A DNA stretch of 64,000 nucleotides from Candidatus Bathyarchaeota archaeon (GTDB taxonomy: Archaea; Thermoproteota; Bathyarchaeia; Bathyarchaeales; Bathycorpusculaceae). Of the stretch, positions 32,739-43,634 are shown in pieces; the stretch's first letter is position 1; each line of letters starts with the position of its first letter. The translations under genes were made by a program, and so were the position numbers. Where the stretch lies: the NCBI GenBank assembly GCA_963815095.1, contig CAWFFH010000003.1, forward strand, positions 1,152,001 to 1,216,000, written 5' to 3'. Under the pieces are notes generated by a model. That model worked only from the letters and a program-made list of their open reading frames with translations. It ran no database searches and was not told where the DNA came from.

Positions 32739-34664
32739 GTGGCTCGAACACAAGAAAAAGACAAAGACAAGATAGAAATTAGCCAATATATTCTCCAGAA
32801 AGTTCCGCGAGAAGCAGAGGTCACCAGAATTGAATATGAAGGACCTATGCTTGCGGTTTACACTAAAAAACCAGAAATCTTAGTTGATCAAAGCAGCATT
32901 GTAGCTGAAATCGTTGGTGTTATTCGAAAAAGGATAGTTATTCGTCCTGATCCCTCCGTGCGTATTCCCGAAGTTGAAGCCGAAAAAATTGCGCGGGAAC
33001 TCATTCCTGCAGAAGCAGAAATAACAGATATTAATTTTGACCCAAGCCTTGGCGAAATAATCATTGAAACCAAAAAGCCCGGTTTGGTTATTGGCCGAAA
33101 TGGTGCTGTGCTTCAGGAAATTATAAAGAAAACCAAGTGGCGCCCCCACGTACTGCGATCTCCGCCGATAAAATCCAAGATTGTTACTCACATGCGTCAT
33201 TATCTGCACTCCGAGAGTAAAGAGCGTGAACGTATTCTGCGGACAGTGGGAGAACGTATCTTTAGACCCAAAACCTATGACGTCGGAGACGTACGCATGA
33301 CCGTTTTGGGTGGCGCTCAAGAAGTCGGGCGCTCAGCGTTTCTGATTAAAACCCGTGAAAGTAGTGTCTTGCTTGACTGCGGTATTCATCCGGGATCCAA
33401 TAGGCCTTTTGAGTCTTTTCCACGTTTTGATTGCCCAGAGTTTGAGCTTGATTCTTTGGATGCCGTTGTTATCAGTCACGCCCATCTTGACCATTGTGGT
33501 TTAGCACCTTTCCTCTTCAAATATGGATATGATGGTCCAATCTACTGTACCGCGCCTACATCAAATTTGATGACGATGCTGCAACTCGATTATTTGGATG
33601 TTGCCAGCAAGCAGGGTGTTACGCCGTTTTACGATCAGAAGGATGTGCGCGAATGTGTTTTGCACACTATTCCGCTTAGGTATGGTGTAGTTACTGATAT
33701 TGCACCCGATATCCGTTTAACGCTGCATAATTCAGGGCATATTTTAGGTGGCGCTATGGTGCACTTACACATAGGTGAAGGTTTACACAACATCGTCTAT
33801 ACCAGCGACTACAAGTTTGGTCGAACCATGCTGTTGGAAGCTGCTACAACCGAGTTTCCGCGTATCGAAACCGTGATTACCGAAAGCACTTACGGTGGAG
33901 CAGACGACATTGTGCCTTCCAGAGTTGAAGCTGAAGAAGCCTTTACCCGAGTTGTCAACCAGACTTTAGAGCGTAGAGGCAAAGTTCTCATTCCAGTTCC
34001 AGCAGTTGGCAGAGCTCAAGAAATCATGCTAATTATCGATGGCTACATGAAACGCGGTTTGATGAAGGAAGCTCCCGTCTTCATCGAAGGCATGATTAGC
34101 GAAGCTACAGCTATCCATACAGCTTACCCCGAATATCTTGGCAGAGAAGTTCGCCACAGTATTCTTCACGAGGAAGTTAACCCATTCAAAAGCGATTACT
34201 TCACCATAGTTGAACATCCAAGTGTCCGCCAAAGCATAATCGACGGCGAACCGTGTATTGTGTTGGCAACTTCGGGTATGCTCGAAGGGGGACCAGTAAT
34301 CGAGTACTTCAAGAGTTGGGCAGCCGACGAGCGAAACACTATCATATTTGTCAGCTACCAGATTGAGGGTACAATGGGTAAACGTGTCCAGAAAGGCGTT
34401 GGCGAAGTAACTATGATGGATAACGAGGGCAAAATGAGTGCGTTATCAGTCAAAATTCAAACGGAATCAATCGAGGGTTTTTCAGGTCACTCGGACAGAC
34501 GTCAACTAGTTAATTATTTGACTCATTTGAACCCTAAGCCTGAACGCATTTTTGTTGTCCACGGAGAAAAACAAAAAACTATAAACTTTGCTAACTTTAT
34601 GGATAACAAGGCAGGCATACGCACTGTTGTTCCAGCTATTCTAGAAACCTATCGACTGCTTTAA
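32739..34664 (+). CDS. fttA: Beta-CASP ribonuclease aCPSF1 / termination factor FttA
   Basis: Two KH domains; SHAHLDH, GHILG and FSGHSD motifs; adjacent to psmB. Confidence 0.96.
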   Translation: MARTQEKDKDKIEISQYILQKVPREAEVTRIEYEGPMLAVYTKKPEILVDQSSIVAEIVGVIRKRIVIRPDPSVRIPEVEAEKIARELIPAEAEITDINFDPSLGEIIIETKKPGLVIGRNGAVLQEIIKKTKWRPHVLRSPPIKSKIVTHMRHYLHSESKERERILRTVGERIFRPKTYDVGDVRMTVLGGAQEVGRSAFLIKTRESSVLLDCGIHPGSNRPFESFPRFDCPEFELDSLDAVVISHAHLDHCGLAPFLFKYGYDGPIYCTAPTSNLMTMLQLDYLDVASKQGVTPFYDQKDVRECVLHTIPLRYGVVTDIAPDIRLTLHNSGHILGGAMVHLHIGEGLHNIVYTSDYKFGRTMLLEAATTEFPRIETVITESTYGGADDIVPSRVEAEEAFTRVVNQTLERRGKVLIPVPAVGRAQEIMLIIDGYMKRGLMKEAPVFIEGMISEATAIHTAYPEYLGREVRHSILHEEVNPFKSDYFTIVEHPSVRQSIIDGEPCIVLATSGMLEGGPVIEYFKSWAADERNTIIFVSYQIEGTMGKRVQKGVGEVTMMDNEGKMSALSVKIQTESIEGFSGHSDRRQLVNYLTHLNPKPERIFVVHGEKQKTINFANFMDNKAGIRTVVPAILETYRLL

Positions 34665-34689
34665 AATAGAAATAGTTTAATCTAAAAAA

Positions 34690-35235
34690 TTAGGCTGTTG
34701 AAGGCAAAGGTTCGCTTGAAACTGGTGCTGGAGTTTTCTCTCTCCAAATTCTTATTGTTTTTGGACAAATGACTACTCGTTCTTCGCCTAGGCGTGCGAT
34801 GTCGCCGCCTATAGATTCTGCAAACTGGAAGAGTTCGTTAACTGCGGTTTTTACATCTTCTATGCTTTTGCCTGCAAGGGGTGTTACGCGTAAAATTATT
34901 ATGTTACCGTTTTTTACTTCGATCTTGATGCTTTCAAGGTCAGATAATTCGCGCAGAGGCATGGCTTTGAGGTAGGTTTTGTTTGGAGGTTCTGTGACTT
35001 CTGGTTTTTGCTCGATAGGTTCTGGTACGGTTTCTTGGATGAGTGTGGTGGTTTCTTGGGGTGGCTCTGGAGTTGGAGGTGTTAGTTCTTGTACTGGTTC
35101 CATTGTGGGAGTAACTGGTTCTGAGGGTGTTTCTTCTTGAGTCTGCATAGGCGCTTCTGGTTGGGTTTCTTGAGGAGTTACGGCTGGTGTTTCCTGTTCT
35201 GGATGTTTCTTTTTGTGGAATAGGTTGAACGGCAT
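34690..35235 (-). CDS. sepF: Cell division protein SepF with a long P/E/T-rich N-terminal linker
   Basis: N-terminal amphipathic MPFNLF; GNIII and GGDIARLG...VICP motifs. Confidence 0.85.
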   Translation of the reverse strand: MPFNLFHKKKHPEQETPAVTPQETQPEAPMQTQEETPSEPVTPTMEPVQELTPPTPEPPQETTTLIQETVPEPIEQKPEVTEPPNKTYLKAMPLRELSDLESIKIEVKNGNIIILRVTPLAGKSIEDVKTAVNELFQFAESIGGDIARLGEERVVICPKTIRIWREKTPAPVSSEPLPSTA

Positions 35236-35482
35236 TTTTTTCTCCTCTAAACCGATTAATATTCAAGCTTCAACAGTTAAGCGTTTCTTTATTTTCAACT
35301 CTCGTTAATGGTTTATTTTAGATTATTTGGCACCTAAATATTTGATTTGCGTTTCAAAACTCCATGTATTCGATTTTTATGTAAAAAATCTCTTATGAAA
35401 AAGTTCGAATCAATGGAGTGTTCCTGTAAGAAGATATTCTCCGCAGAAATCTTCTTTAGAAAATCTTGCTACAAACCGAATT

Positions 35483-35833
35483 TTATGCTAAGAGGACTGT
35501 GAGGTTGTTTATGACGGTGATTATTAGGAAAATCGTTATGCCTGCATAGGCGACTTTCATGAATCGGTTTGAGTACTTGAAAGTTTTAGTGTCTTTATCC
35601 ACTGATTTGTTTAGGGTTCTTTTAGCTAAAATGTAGGTGAAACCAATCAGAAATGTCGCAGAAATTTTCACAGCAAAAAACGCAACAATGCTTGTGCTAA
35701 CTATGCCGGTCATAAATGGGTTCAGTTCGGCTGCTCCAAAATACGTGACTCCTATAACGGTGGTTATGCAGTCGATTGAGCCTAATAGGATGATTAGAAA
35801 ACTTGGAAATACGTCTGCCTTAATTGTGTACAT
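35483..35833 (-). CDS. DUF5658-like membrane protein
   Basis: D.ITT..G...GAAELNP.M and NN motifs. Confidence 0.75.
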   Translation of the reverse strand: MYTIKADVFPSFLIILLGSIDCITTVIGVTYFGAAELNPFMTGIVSTSIVAFFAVKISATFLIGFTYILAKRTLNKSVDKDTKTFKYSNRFMKVAYAGITIFLIITVINNLTVLLA

Positions 35834-36544
35834 GAAGCCTTCTCCTTCTCCTTTGCTTCTCCTTTCTTCTCAAAACACAGTTGGCTTACTATTAGGCTTA
35901 AGAACCAGATTGCTAAAATCGATATATTCCAAAACTTAAAACAGCAAAAAAGCTCTTTTTTCAAGGATCCCTAACTTACAATGCTGAACATTAATAATAC
36001 ATACACCCAATTAAACTTTATTGCGTTTATTCTCTTGCAATTACCATTGGTTTGTCAAGGAACCTTAACGAATGCCCATTGACTCGGTTGAAAAAATCAA
36101 GCATATCGCGTTCACGACTTTAATATTCCTTATAAGGTTGAAAATTATAGCTCCGAACTTCTTATCGGAAGGTGCTGGAAGTGGCGATTTGAAGCTTGAG
36201 GATGTTTTACACTGGAATATCAATCAAAATTATATTCGGGTTTTGGCGTTGGGCTGCTCCAAGTGATTTTGCATACTTTGACAGTTAACAATGACAAGCG
36301 GTTGCGTTTGTTTGGATGAAAGCGAAGGTTGAGAAAATTTTGCCAGATATATTCGTAAAGTGCTCTGGTCCCGACGTTGTTGTTCAAGCAGAGGATCTGA
36401 TATATGAATCCTTCAGGACAATATCGAGAGATTGCCAAATCGAACGAAAACAACATTTTTATTCTAACATAGGTGAAAAACGGTTGCGCCCGTTCAGGTA
36501 CTGCTGCTAACGTAAAATTTTGAATTTAACGAATATTTGACCAA

Positions 36545-36796
36545 TCAATATTTGGTGGAACTATCCGGAATCTTCGAATATCTAATAATAACGATGAAAA
36601 AGAATAAACCGACCAAGAAATCCACCACAAAAAGAATTATTGTTGCATAAAATGAGCTTTGTGCACTAATCAATTGATTCCATCCTAAATAACCGAGAAA
36701 TAAATCTATTATGATATTGATTGAAATAAATAATAGAATTATTCGGATTCGATTTCTATAAATACTTAAACCAGTCTCTCGGAGAGAAGGACTCAT
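36545..36796 (-). CDS. Small two-TM hypothetical protein
   Basis: Two hydrophobic segments; AT-rich. Confidence 0.55.
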   Translation of the reverse strand: MSPSLRETGLSIYRNRIRIILLFISINIIIDLFLGYLGWNQLISAQSSFYATIILFVVDFLVGLFFFIVIIRYSKIPDSSTKY

Positions 36797-36933
36797 TATT
36801 AATGTTATTTGAAAATTTTTATTTAAAACTATTGGTACTTTCGGAAATCGAAAAGATAAATGACATTATATACATTAACAAATAAAATAGATTTAGCGCT
36901 AAAATGCGTATTTGTAAAATTGAGGTTGAAAAA

Positions 36934-38514
36934 ATGAATTGTAAACGAATTATTATAGTTGGAATATTAACAATAGCTCTTTTGACTAGTATAGCTCTAG
37001 CTCCGTCAACCCACGCTATTGTAGCCCAATTAACCGCCAAAGAGCAGCTGAGGAACACGATTGAAGATGGATTCGGCAGTTATCTCGATGGAAAAAATTT
37101 AAGAATCGATAATGCCACGATTCAAAAGAATTTTTTTCCCTTCATTAATACAAATCCTATCTATAAGGAGCAATTTCAAAAACTCATAAACATAAGTAAA
37201 GCTGAAAGCGAGGCAAGACTGCCAAAAACAATCCCAGATATCTCAAAAGCTGTGATTCAAGCTCCATTCAAGATAGAAAATCGCACTATCAATGGAACAT
37301 CTTATGAAGTTAGTTATAGCCATGCTTTCGCTGATGGACAAGATATAATAAAAATTTGTAGTGGGCAGGGGGATGACCCTCTGGCGTACATTTCGATAGA
37401 TACTTTATACACAAACATATTTGGGTTCAATATAGAGGTTGGAGAACAACAGCACCTAATATTGAATTTTCCAGCAGGGGCTGATGCAACAGCATTTCTC
37501 CCATGGTTTGACATACAAGTCACTCACAGCACTAACCTAAACAACGTCGTATGGACTGTTACAGGTGGTCTATCAGGCATAACAGTATTTGGTCCAATAA
37601 TTTCAGCAATAGAATGGATGTTCAGCAACAACAATCTCCAAGATTATAAGACCATGGTGGATGACTCGTATAATGCTAACCACGGATATACGATAAGAAT
37701 GGACAACACAGTCATCTATCCATTTGCGTTGACAACGCTACTTCCAGATTTTGCTATTTATGCAAAATACTACTATAATGGGGGTGGTCCCGGCGATGAC
37801 GGCGTTTGGGAAAAGGCATTTCCACTTGATACATCATATTTGTACTATGTTCTACAAGACCCTCTCGGGGCTGAAAGCAATGCTTTTCTGCTTGGGTATC
37901 TGATACATGACCGCTTAATACCTCAAATACCTCTTAATACTTGGGGTTGGATTACGCTTCCAGGCTTCATAGACCCTGACCCACAGTCAGGACCGACACC
38001 ATTAAAACAGGTAACAATAGATTCCTATGACGCCACCGTTTCCACTACTGTTAGTGGCGCAAACGTAATAATCGATGGCTACTCTGTTGGAACTACAGGT
38101 TCAACTTATACTCTTACGCCAGAAACTCACTCTTTTATGACTTCGCCTACTTGGCACCTCTACGAAAACGGCTACCAATTTTTCAATTACAATGGATATG
38201 AGTATGATATTGAACAAACAATAGAAATAACATCGGACATAACTATTACTGCAAATTATGTTGAAACACAATGGTTTTCAGCTAGTGCTTTTGAACCCTC
38301 CACAGGAACTGTATGGACTGATATCTATATTGATGGTAACTATGCGGGCAATGGTGTAATAAATTTGGAGATACCTAAAGGAAGTCATTCAGTCAGCGTT
38401 GCATATCAAACTGTTCATTGGGGCGAACTAGTAACTTGCGATTACTATTCTGATACGGTCTATCTTGGAAATTCTCCAGTAGACAAATCATTTGAATACC
38501 ATTTCGGGCAATAA
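36934..38514 (+). CDS. Secreted protein with C-terminal PEGA-like beta domains
   Basis: Signal peptide; V.IDG..VG and IYIDG...G.HSVSV repeats; T-tract downstream. Confidence 0.75.
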   Translation: MNCKRIIIVGILTIALLTSIALAPSTHAIVAQLTAKEQLRNTIEDGFGSYLDGKNLRIDNATIQKNFFPFINTNPIYKEQFQKLINISKAESEARLPKTIPDISKAVIQAPFKIENRTINGTSYEVSYSHAFADGQDIIKICSGQGDDPLAYISIDTLYTNIFGFNIEVGEQQHLILNFPAGADATAFLPWFDIQVTHSTNLNNVVWTVTGGLSGITVFGPIISAIEWMFSNNNLQDYKTMVDDSYNANHGYTIRMDNTVIYPFALTTLLPDFAIYAKYYYNGGGPGDDGVWEKAFPLDTSYLYYVLQDPLGAESNAFLLGYLIHDRLIPQIPLNTWGWITLPGFIDPDPQSGPTPLKQVTIDSYDATVSTTVSGANVIIDGYSVGTTGSTYTLTPETHSFMTSPTWHLYENGYQFFNYNGYEYDIEQTIEITSDITITANYVETQWFSASAFEPSTGTVWTDIYIDGNYAGNGVINLEIPKGSHSVSVAYQTVHWGELVTCDYYSDTVYLGNSPVDKSFEYHFGQ

Positions 38515-38700
38515 AGAATCCCCTATCAACTTTTTTTATTTATTTAAATTTAGGTAAACTCCAGACTAAACAATTTATTGTTAAATTGTGGTTCACAAAT
38601 TAAAAGTTCCAAAACTGCAGATTTCAGCGAAGAGAATTGGCTTTGTTGGGGTCTGGGCCAGAATGGTTCTGAGAAAATTATTGATTTTTAAAGCTTTAAA

Positions 38701-39102
38701 TTAATAGTTTTTCATGATATCCAGAAAATCCCCATTCAAGTAAAAAGATTTTTTAAAATCATAATTGATTTTATCACTATTTATAACATCAACTATAATT
38801 TTTCCTTTAGAAGTCAAAATATATTTTTTTGCCCAATCTCTATGTAATTTCTCAATAATTTCGTTACTTTCTAAATGATAAAATATTGGGTATATAGTTC
38901 CTGAGCTAATTCTGACATTATATTTAATTCTTATTAGTTTTTGTATATTTGATGGATTTGAAATTCCAATTTCCTCAATTCTTAGGACAATTAAGATAGG
39001 TAAGATTGATTTTACAATTCTTCGGTGATTTTTAATAAAAAAATCTTTCACTTCCAAACTGTTTGTCGATTCGTCATCATATTTTACTAATTTGTTCTCC
39101 AT
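38701..39102 (-). CDS. Divergent PadR-like regulator
   Basis: ISSGTIYPIFYHLE and KKYILTSKG motifs. Confidence 0.7.
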   Translation of the reverse strand: MENKLVKYDDESTNSLEVKDFFIKNHRRIVKSILPILIVLRIEEIGISNPSNIQKLIRIKYNVRISSGTIYPIFYHLESNEIIEKLHRDWAKKYILTSKGKIIVDVINSDKINYDFKKSFYLNGDFLDIMKNY

Positions 39103-39142
39103 CCAACTCACTATTCGATAATAAAACATATAGTCTGATTTA

Positions 39143-39200
39143 GTTCTACTCAAGGAACAAAGTGTTCCAGGATTGGAACACCATGTTCCACCAATAGAAC
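39143..39200. promoter_or_regulatory. Triple palindromic operator array with a 21-bp period
   Basis: GTTCTA-CTCA-AGGAAC, GTTCCA-GGAT-TGGAAC and GTTCCA-CCAA-TAGAAC at 39143, 39164 and 39185. Confidence 0.65.
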
Positions 39201-39420
39201 TAAAACCTTGAAACAATTTACAGATTTACAAAAGGATAGGACGACAGAAGTCTTTATGATAGCGTTGGTTAATCAATCTACAAAAATTCAAGGAAAGGAT
39301 GGGTGGAGGGCATTATCTTATAGGCATCGATGGCAAATAATGCCCCTACTTGAAGAAATAGTTAGATGTTTATTACGTTCATTTATTCGAAAAGAACTCA
39401 TCAACTTCGGGTGAGCAATC

Positions 39421-40179
39421 ATGCAACAATGCGCAAAATTTTTCCTAACAGTAACTCTCGCTATTTTGATTGTTGTATCTATTTTTACGGGGCTAACTTT
39501 ACTAAGTAAACATACAAGGTCCATAATAATTGCAACGCCCACACCAATTCCGTTTGATTATTCTTTGAAAACTGCCACTAACAGTTGCTATACTACGCAG
39601 GGAGACGACATAAAATTGGAAGTAAACGTTACCTACCTTCAAGGAGAGCCAGAAAACATTACTCTAAAAATACAGGGAGCCCCAGATAACCTTGCATTTT
39701 CATTTTCGCAAGCCAGCAATATAACTAATAATGTAATAGGATATACCTTGATGCTTCATGCACCATTAAGTGTGCCAACAAACAAATATCACATGTTAAT
39801 TACGGCCATATCAGTCAAAGGAATAGTTCGAACTGCCCCTCTCGATTTATCTGTTAATTGCTATTATGTGATAGTAAAAGGATCAGTAACAACTAATCCA
39901 GATATTATTCCAACTCAAATTCAATTCGAAGAACTTTCACCTCAAGGAAACACGGTACAGACTTTCAAAGCACCCGTAGAATCAGGGAACTTTAGCATAA
40001 AATTAGTAAATGAACAGTACTATGCGGTAAGTGTGTTTTGGGATAGAAATGGATTATCCGGGGTTAATCATTTTAATTTGCCTTGGGGTGCGTTAGCAGA
40101 TGTTGGAGTTGACACATTAACTGTTCCATTCGAATTTACTTATTCCGCAGCTCTAATGAACAAGTTAAACATTGGCTAA
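39421..40179 (+). CDS. Membrane-anchored exported protein with Ig-like domains
   Basis: N-terminal TM, PTP linker, beta-rich domains. Confidence 0.7.
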   Translation: MQQCAKFFLTVTLAILIVVSIFTGLTLLSKHTRSIIIATPTPIPFDYSLKTATNSCYTTQGDDIKLEVNVTYLQGEPENITLKIQGAPDNLAFSFSQASNITNNVIGYTLMLHAPLSVPTNKYHMLITAISVKGIVRTAPLDLSVNCYYVIVKGSVTTNPDIIPTQIQFEELSPQGNTVQTFKAPVESGNFSIKLVNEQYYAVSVFWDRNGLSGVNHFNLPWGALADVGVDTLTVPFEFTYSAALMNKLNIG

Positions 40180-40539
40180 CTTGACTTGACCACGCAAATC
40201 GACGCAAGTATCTTTTTCGCTGTCAAAGTATTCTCTGTCACAGACGCCGCTATAAGAGATCTGGTTGGCAGGCACAGTGGTATTACGGAAATAACCAATA
40301 AAATGGTGGACAGCACTGCTTTTGTCTCATGGTTAATCAATTTCAGTTTATTGGTAGACTTCGGATATATTTTTTTCAGTAAAGAAATCTGAACTAAACT
40401 TAGAAGAGAGCTAACTTGGGGCTGCTGAGCAGAGTAGAATCTAAGTTAAAACGGTTCTCGCAGACTTGAAGCTGCCTGTTGAACACAACTGACCAATTTT
40501 TCAGAGCAAAAAAATCATGAGAAAGAAAATAAAGAATGA

Positions 40540-41793
40540 TTAACCTATTTGGTCATAATAGGCAATTATCCACGAATCACTAAAAATTGGTCTATAATCC
40601 CCATTACTATACCCATCGTCTATGCTGGTTATATACCAATTATAGCCATAAGAATATGGATCTGACCAGGTTATTGAATGATAACCCTGGCTCAAATAAA
40701 CACTAACTGGCGCAGTACCTACATTTTGCCCATCCACCGAAACGGACGGGTATGCTTGACCAAAATAATCTGAAAAGCCTTCAATTGTAACCCAATAGTA
40801 AGGAGTGCCAACGCATCTAAAGCACGCTTCTAGGGAATGGTCTCCATCCATTGTAACACTTATTGGATTGTCGGTAACCACTTGTTGGTCCAATAGCCAA
40901 TGGTCAAATTCATAATTTTCATTGCTAGGTGTTGCTGTAACTTCTACTGTATCTCCAGGATTATAATATTGGGTTCCATAAATTGATGTATAGCCTGTAT
41001 TTTCGCTCTGGACAATTAATTGCCGATAGCCAGTATTAGCCCAAACGGCGTCTACTAATATGTCACTATACGAATTAGTAGAAGAAATATTCATGATCAC
41101 AGTGCCTGCTGTAATGAATTTGTACACGTTAGAGGTATACCCAACATAGACGTATGGTGCATCAAATTCTGAATTGGGACAACTTATTTGTACATACCCG
41201 ATAAATCCATAGACCCATTCTTGAAGTGGTGCTGAAGGATAGTTACAGCCCATTAGAATAAGATAATCGCCAACATGTTGTGCCCCTGTCGGTCCTAATT
41301 TAGCAGGTACATAAAAGTCCCCGGTCGAATGAAGGCTCATTTCACCGACTACGCTAGCACCTGATGCGTTGTATGGAGCTAACAATCTAGTGTAATAGTA
41401 ATCCCTGTAACCTTCAACATTATGTGGATCAGTTATACTTCCTCCCCCGAAAGGTTCAGTCCACAGCATGTTTGAAAGATAATTATCCGAAGGTGTTCCT
41501 GAATCTCGAACCGAATTTTTAGATAGCGCTTCTGTATTAGGGCTCAGAACAGCTCCATCTGTATTGCAAACTCTCTCCTGTTTAATTGCTATCTGGTTTA
41601 ACCAAATATTTCTAACTTCATTAAGTTTAGTAGAATTTCCTTGGCAAATGGATTCCAAGTATTTTTCAAGAAAATCAGGCAATTTAGGATTTGTATCAAG
41701 TAAACTTGTTACCGCTGCGGAAAGACTACTGTTAGCAAGAGCTATGATGCATATAATCGTGAAACTGATAATGAGTTTACTCGAAATTCTCAT
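40540..41793 (-). CDS. Secreted protein with a bacterial-repeat (InlB-B/Flg_new-like) domain and a PEGA-like domain
   Basis: Signal peptide; V.VTATP...YEFDHW.....NPISVTM and VSVDG..VG...G.HSI motifs. Confidence 0.75.
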   Translation of the reverse strand: MRISSKLIISFTIICIIALANSSLSAAVTSLLDTNPKLPDFLEKYLESICQGNSTKLNEVRNIWLNQIAIKQERVCNTDGAVLSPNTEALSKNSVRDSGTPSDNYLSNMLWTEPFGGGSITDPHNVEGYRDYYYTRLLAPYNASGASVVGEMSLHSTGDFYVPAKLGPTGAQHVGDYLILMGCNYPSAPLQEWVYGFIGYVQISCPNSEFDAPYVYVGYTSNVYKFITAGTVIMNISSTNSYSDILVDAVWANTGYRQLIVQSENTGYTSIYGTQYYNPGDTVEVTATPSNENYEFDHWLLDQQVVTDNPISVTMDGDHSLEACFRCVGTPYYWVTIEGFSDYFGQAYPSVSVDGQNVGTAPVSVYLSQGYHSITWSDPYSYGYNWYITSIDDGYSNGDYRPIFSDSWIIAYYDQIG

Positions 41794-42559
41794 AAACGCA
41801 CCTCCAGGAAAATTCTTGATATCATTTGTTTTATCACCAAAATTTCAAAAAAACCGTCTGGAGTCTTTTTTATAGCATACATTTTTTCACAACTACTTTT
41901 TATTTCCTTTATTGTAATCAATAATTTAAAAAGAAAAGGTCGTTTTCGATTTTCGATTTTTGAAAAACCTTGTGTATAACTAATTGTAGTCAACTACATT
42001 CATATCAGGGTATTTTTCTAAATTCCTCTAAATTTGGCAAAATTTCTTTCTATTGTTTGCATTATTTACTTTACGATTTAATCGTCAAACCTTTAAAACG
42101 CTACAAACCGAACGATTAGAACAACCTTGTTATATAAAAAGAAGAACAAACAAAATTTTTTTAAATTCAGAAAAACTTTACGTTAGTGAAGGGAAGTAAA
42201 TGAAAAAAGAAAGAAAAAAAGTTGTTATAATTTAACTTAATAGTTCAATTGGTTCATTGAACTTCAACCAATAATGGGAAGAAAGCAATCGAAAATTGAA
42301 CCAAGCAATAAGAAGGAAGACCAAAAGTCAACTGCATCTTGAACTTTAGATATTATTTTACTAAATTGTTATTTTCTTTAATGGTTACATTTAGAAAGTA
42401 AAACTATGAAACATAATGGTTAGAACCGTTTATTTTTATATAAATGGGTTAGTTTTTTCGCTCGTTAGTTTCTTAGGGTTTTTGATGGATAAAGGCACTG
42501 TTTTGTGCGCATAAGCCTTATATTTTAAAGGTTAACCCTCTTTTGCTGAAGGCTTTACG

Positions 42560-43634
42560 ATGCACAAGAAACTCTTAATTCCTGGCCCAACCGAAGTTAG
42601 CCAAGAAATCCTAAGTGAACAAACTCACCCGATGATTGGTCACCGAGAGAAAGAGTTCGCTGAATTTTACGGTGGAATAACCGGTAAACTTACCAAGTTT
42701 TTCGAGTTACAACCAGACTTCAAACCAACAGTCACTACTTCATCAGGTACCTTGTGGTTTGATATAATTGGTCGAAGTATCGTTAAACAAAAAGCTCTTG
42801 CATGCGTTAACGGAGCATTTAGCCAGCGAGCTGCCCAAACTTTAGCGGCATGCGGCAAAGAAACCGATGTGATCGAAGTTGAAATGGGTAAAGCTATCAA
42901 ACCCAAATATAGTTGCTGAGAAACTTGCCAGCGGAAAATACGACACCTTAACGGTTTGCCACAACGAAACCTCCACAGGAGTAAGAAATCCAATAGCGGA
43001 AATCGGCAAGATGGTTAAAAAAGAGTTCCCGGAAGTCATCTTTGCGGTCGATGCTGTTTCTTCTATGGCTGGCGACAAAACTTTACCTTCAGAATTTAAT
43101 TGTGACATCGTTTTTGGTTCAACCCAAAAATGTTTTGCGTTGCCACCTGGCTTGGCAATTGCCCTCGTCAATGACCGCGCAATCGAACGCGCTAAACAGA
43201 TTCCTAACAGAGGAGCCTACACCGACTTAGTGGATATCTTTGAGTTTGAAAAGAAACATCAAACCCCCTTCACGCCAAACATTTCGCTTTTGTACGCTTT
43301 AGACAGACGCATGGATCTTTTGCTTGAAGAGACTTATGATAAGGTTTACCAGCGACATTTAGAAATGGCGAGGTACACTCAGCAATGGGCAAACAAGCAC
43401 TTTGCTATGTTCCCTGAAGCAGGCTACGAATCCATAACTGTTAGTTGCATAAGTAACACCTTGGGCAAAAACGTCAAAGAACTTAATCAGAAGCTAGCCG
43501 AAAAAGGCTTCATGATTTCGGGCGGCTACGGTAAAATGGCTGAGAAAACCTTCCGCATCGGCCACATGGGCGAATGGAACCTTAATGGTATCAAAGAAGT
43601 TATTGGGTTAATTGACGCGATTTGGGGACTTTAA
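42560..43634 (+). CDS. Class V aminotransferase (serine-pyruvate / archaeal phosphoserine aminotransferase-like), apparent +1 frameshift near 42905
   Basis: LLIPGP, HNETSTG, VDAVSS, QK..ALPPG and FRIGHMG motifs split over two frames at AAACCCAAAT. Confidence 0.85.

Noticed and set aside
42890-42920. Programmed frameshift in the aminotransferase
   Set aside because: No canonical slippery heptamer or stimulatory structure was seen; a homopolymer indel is more likely.
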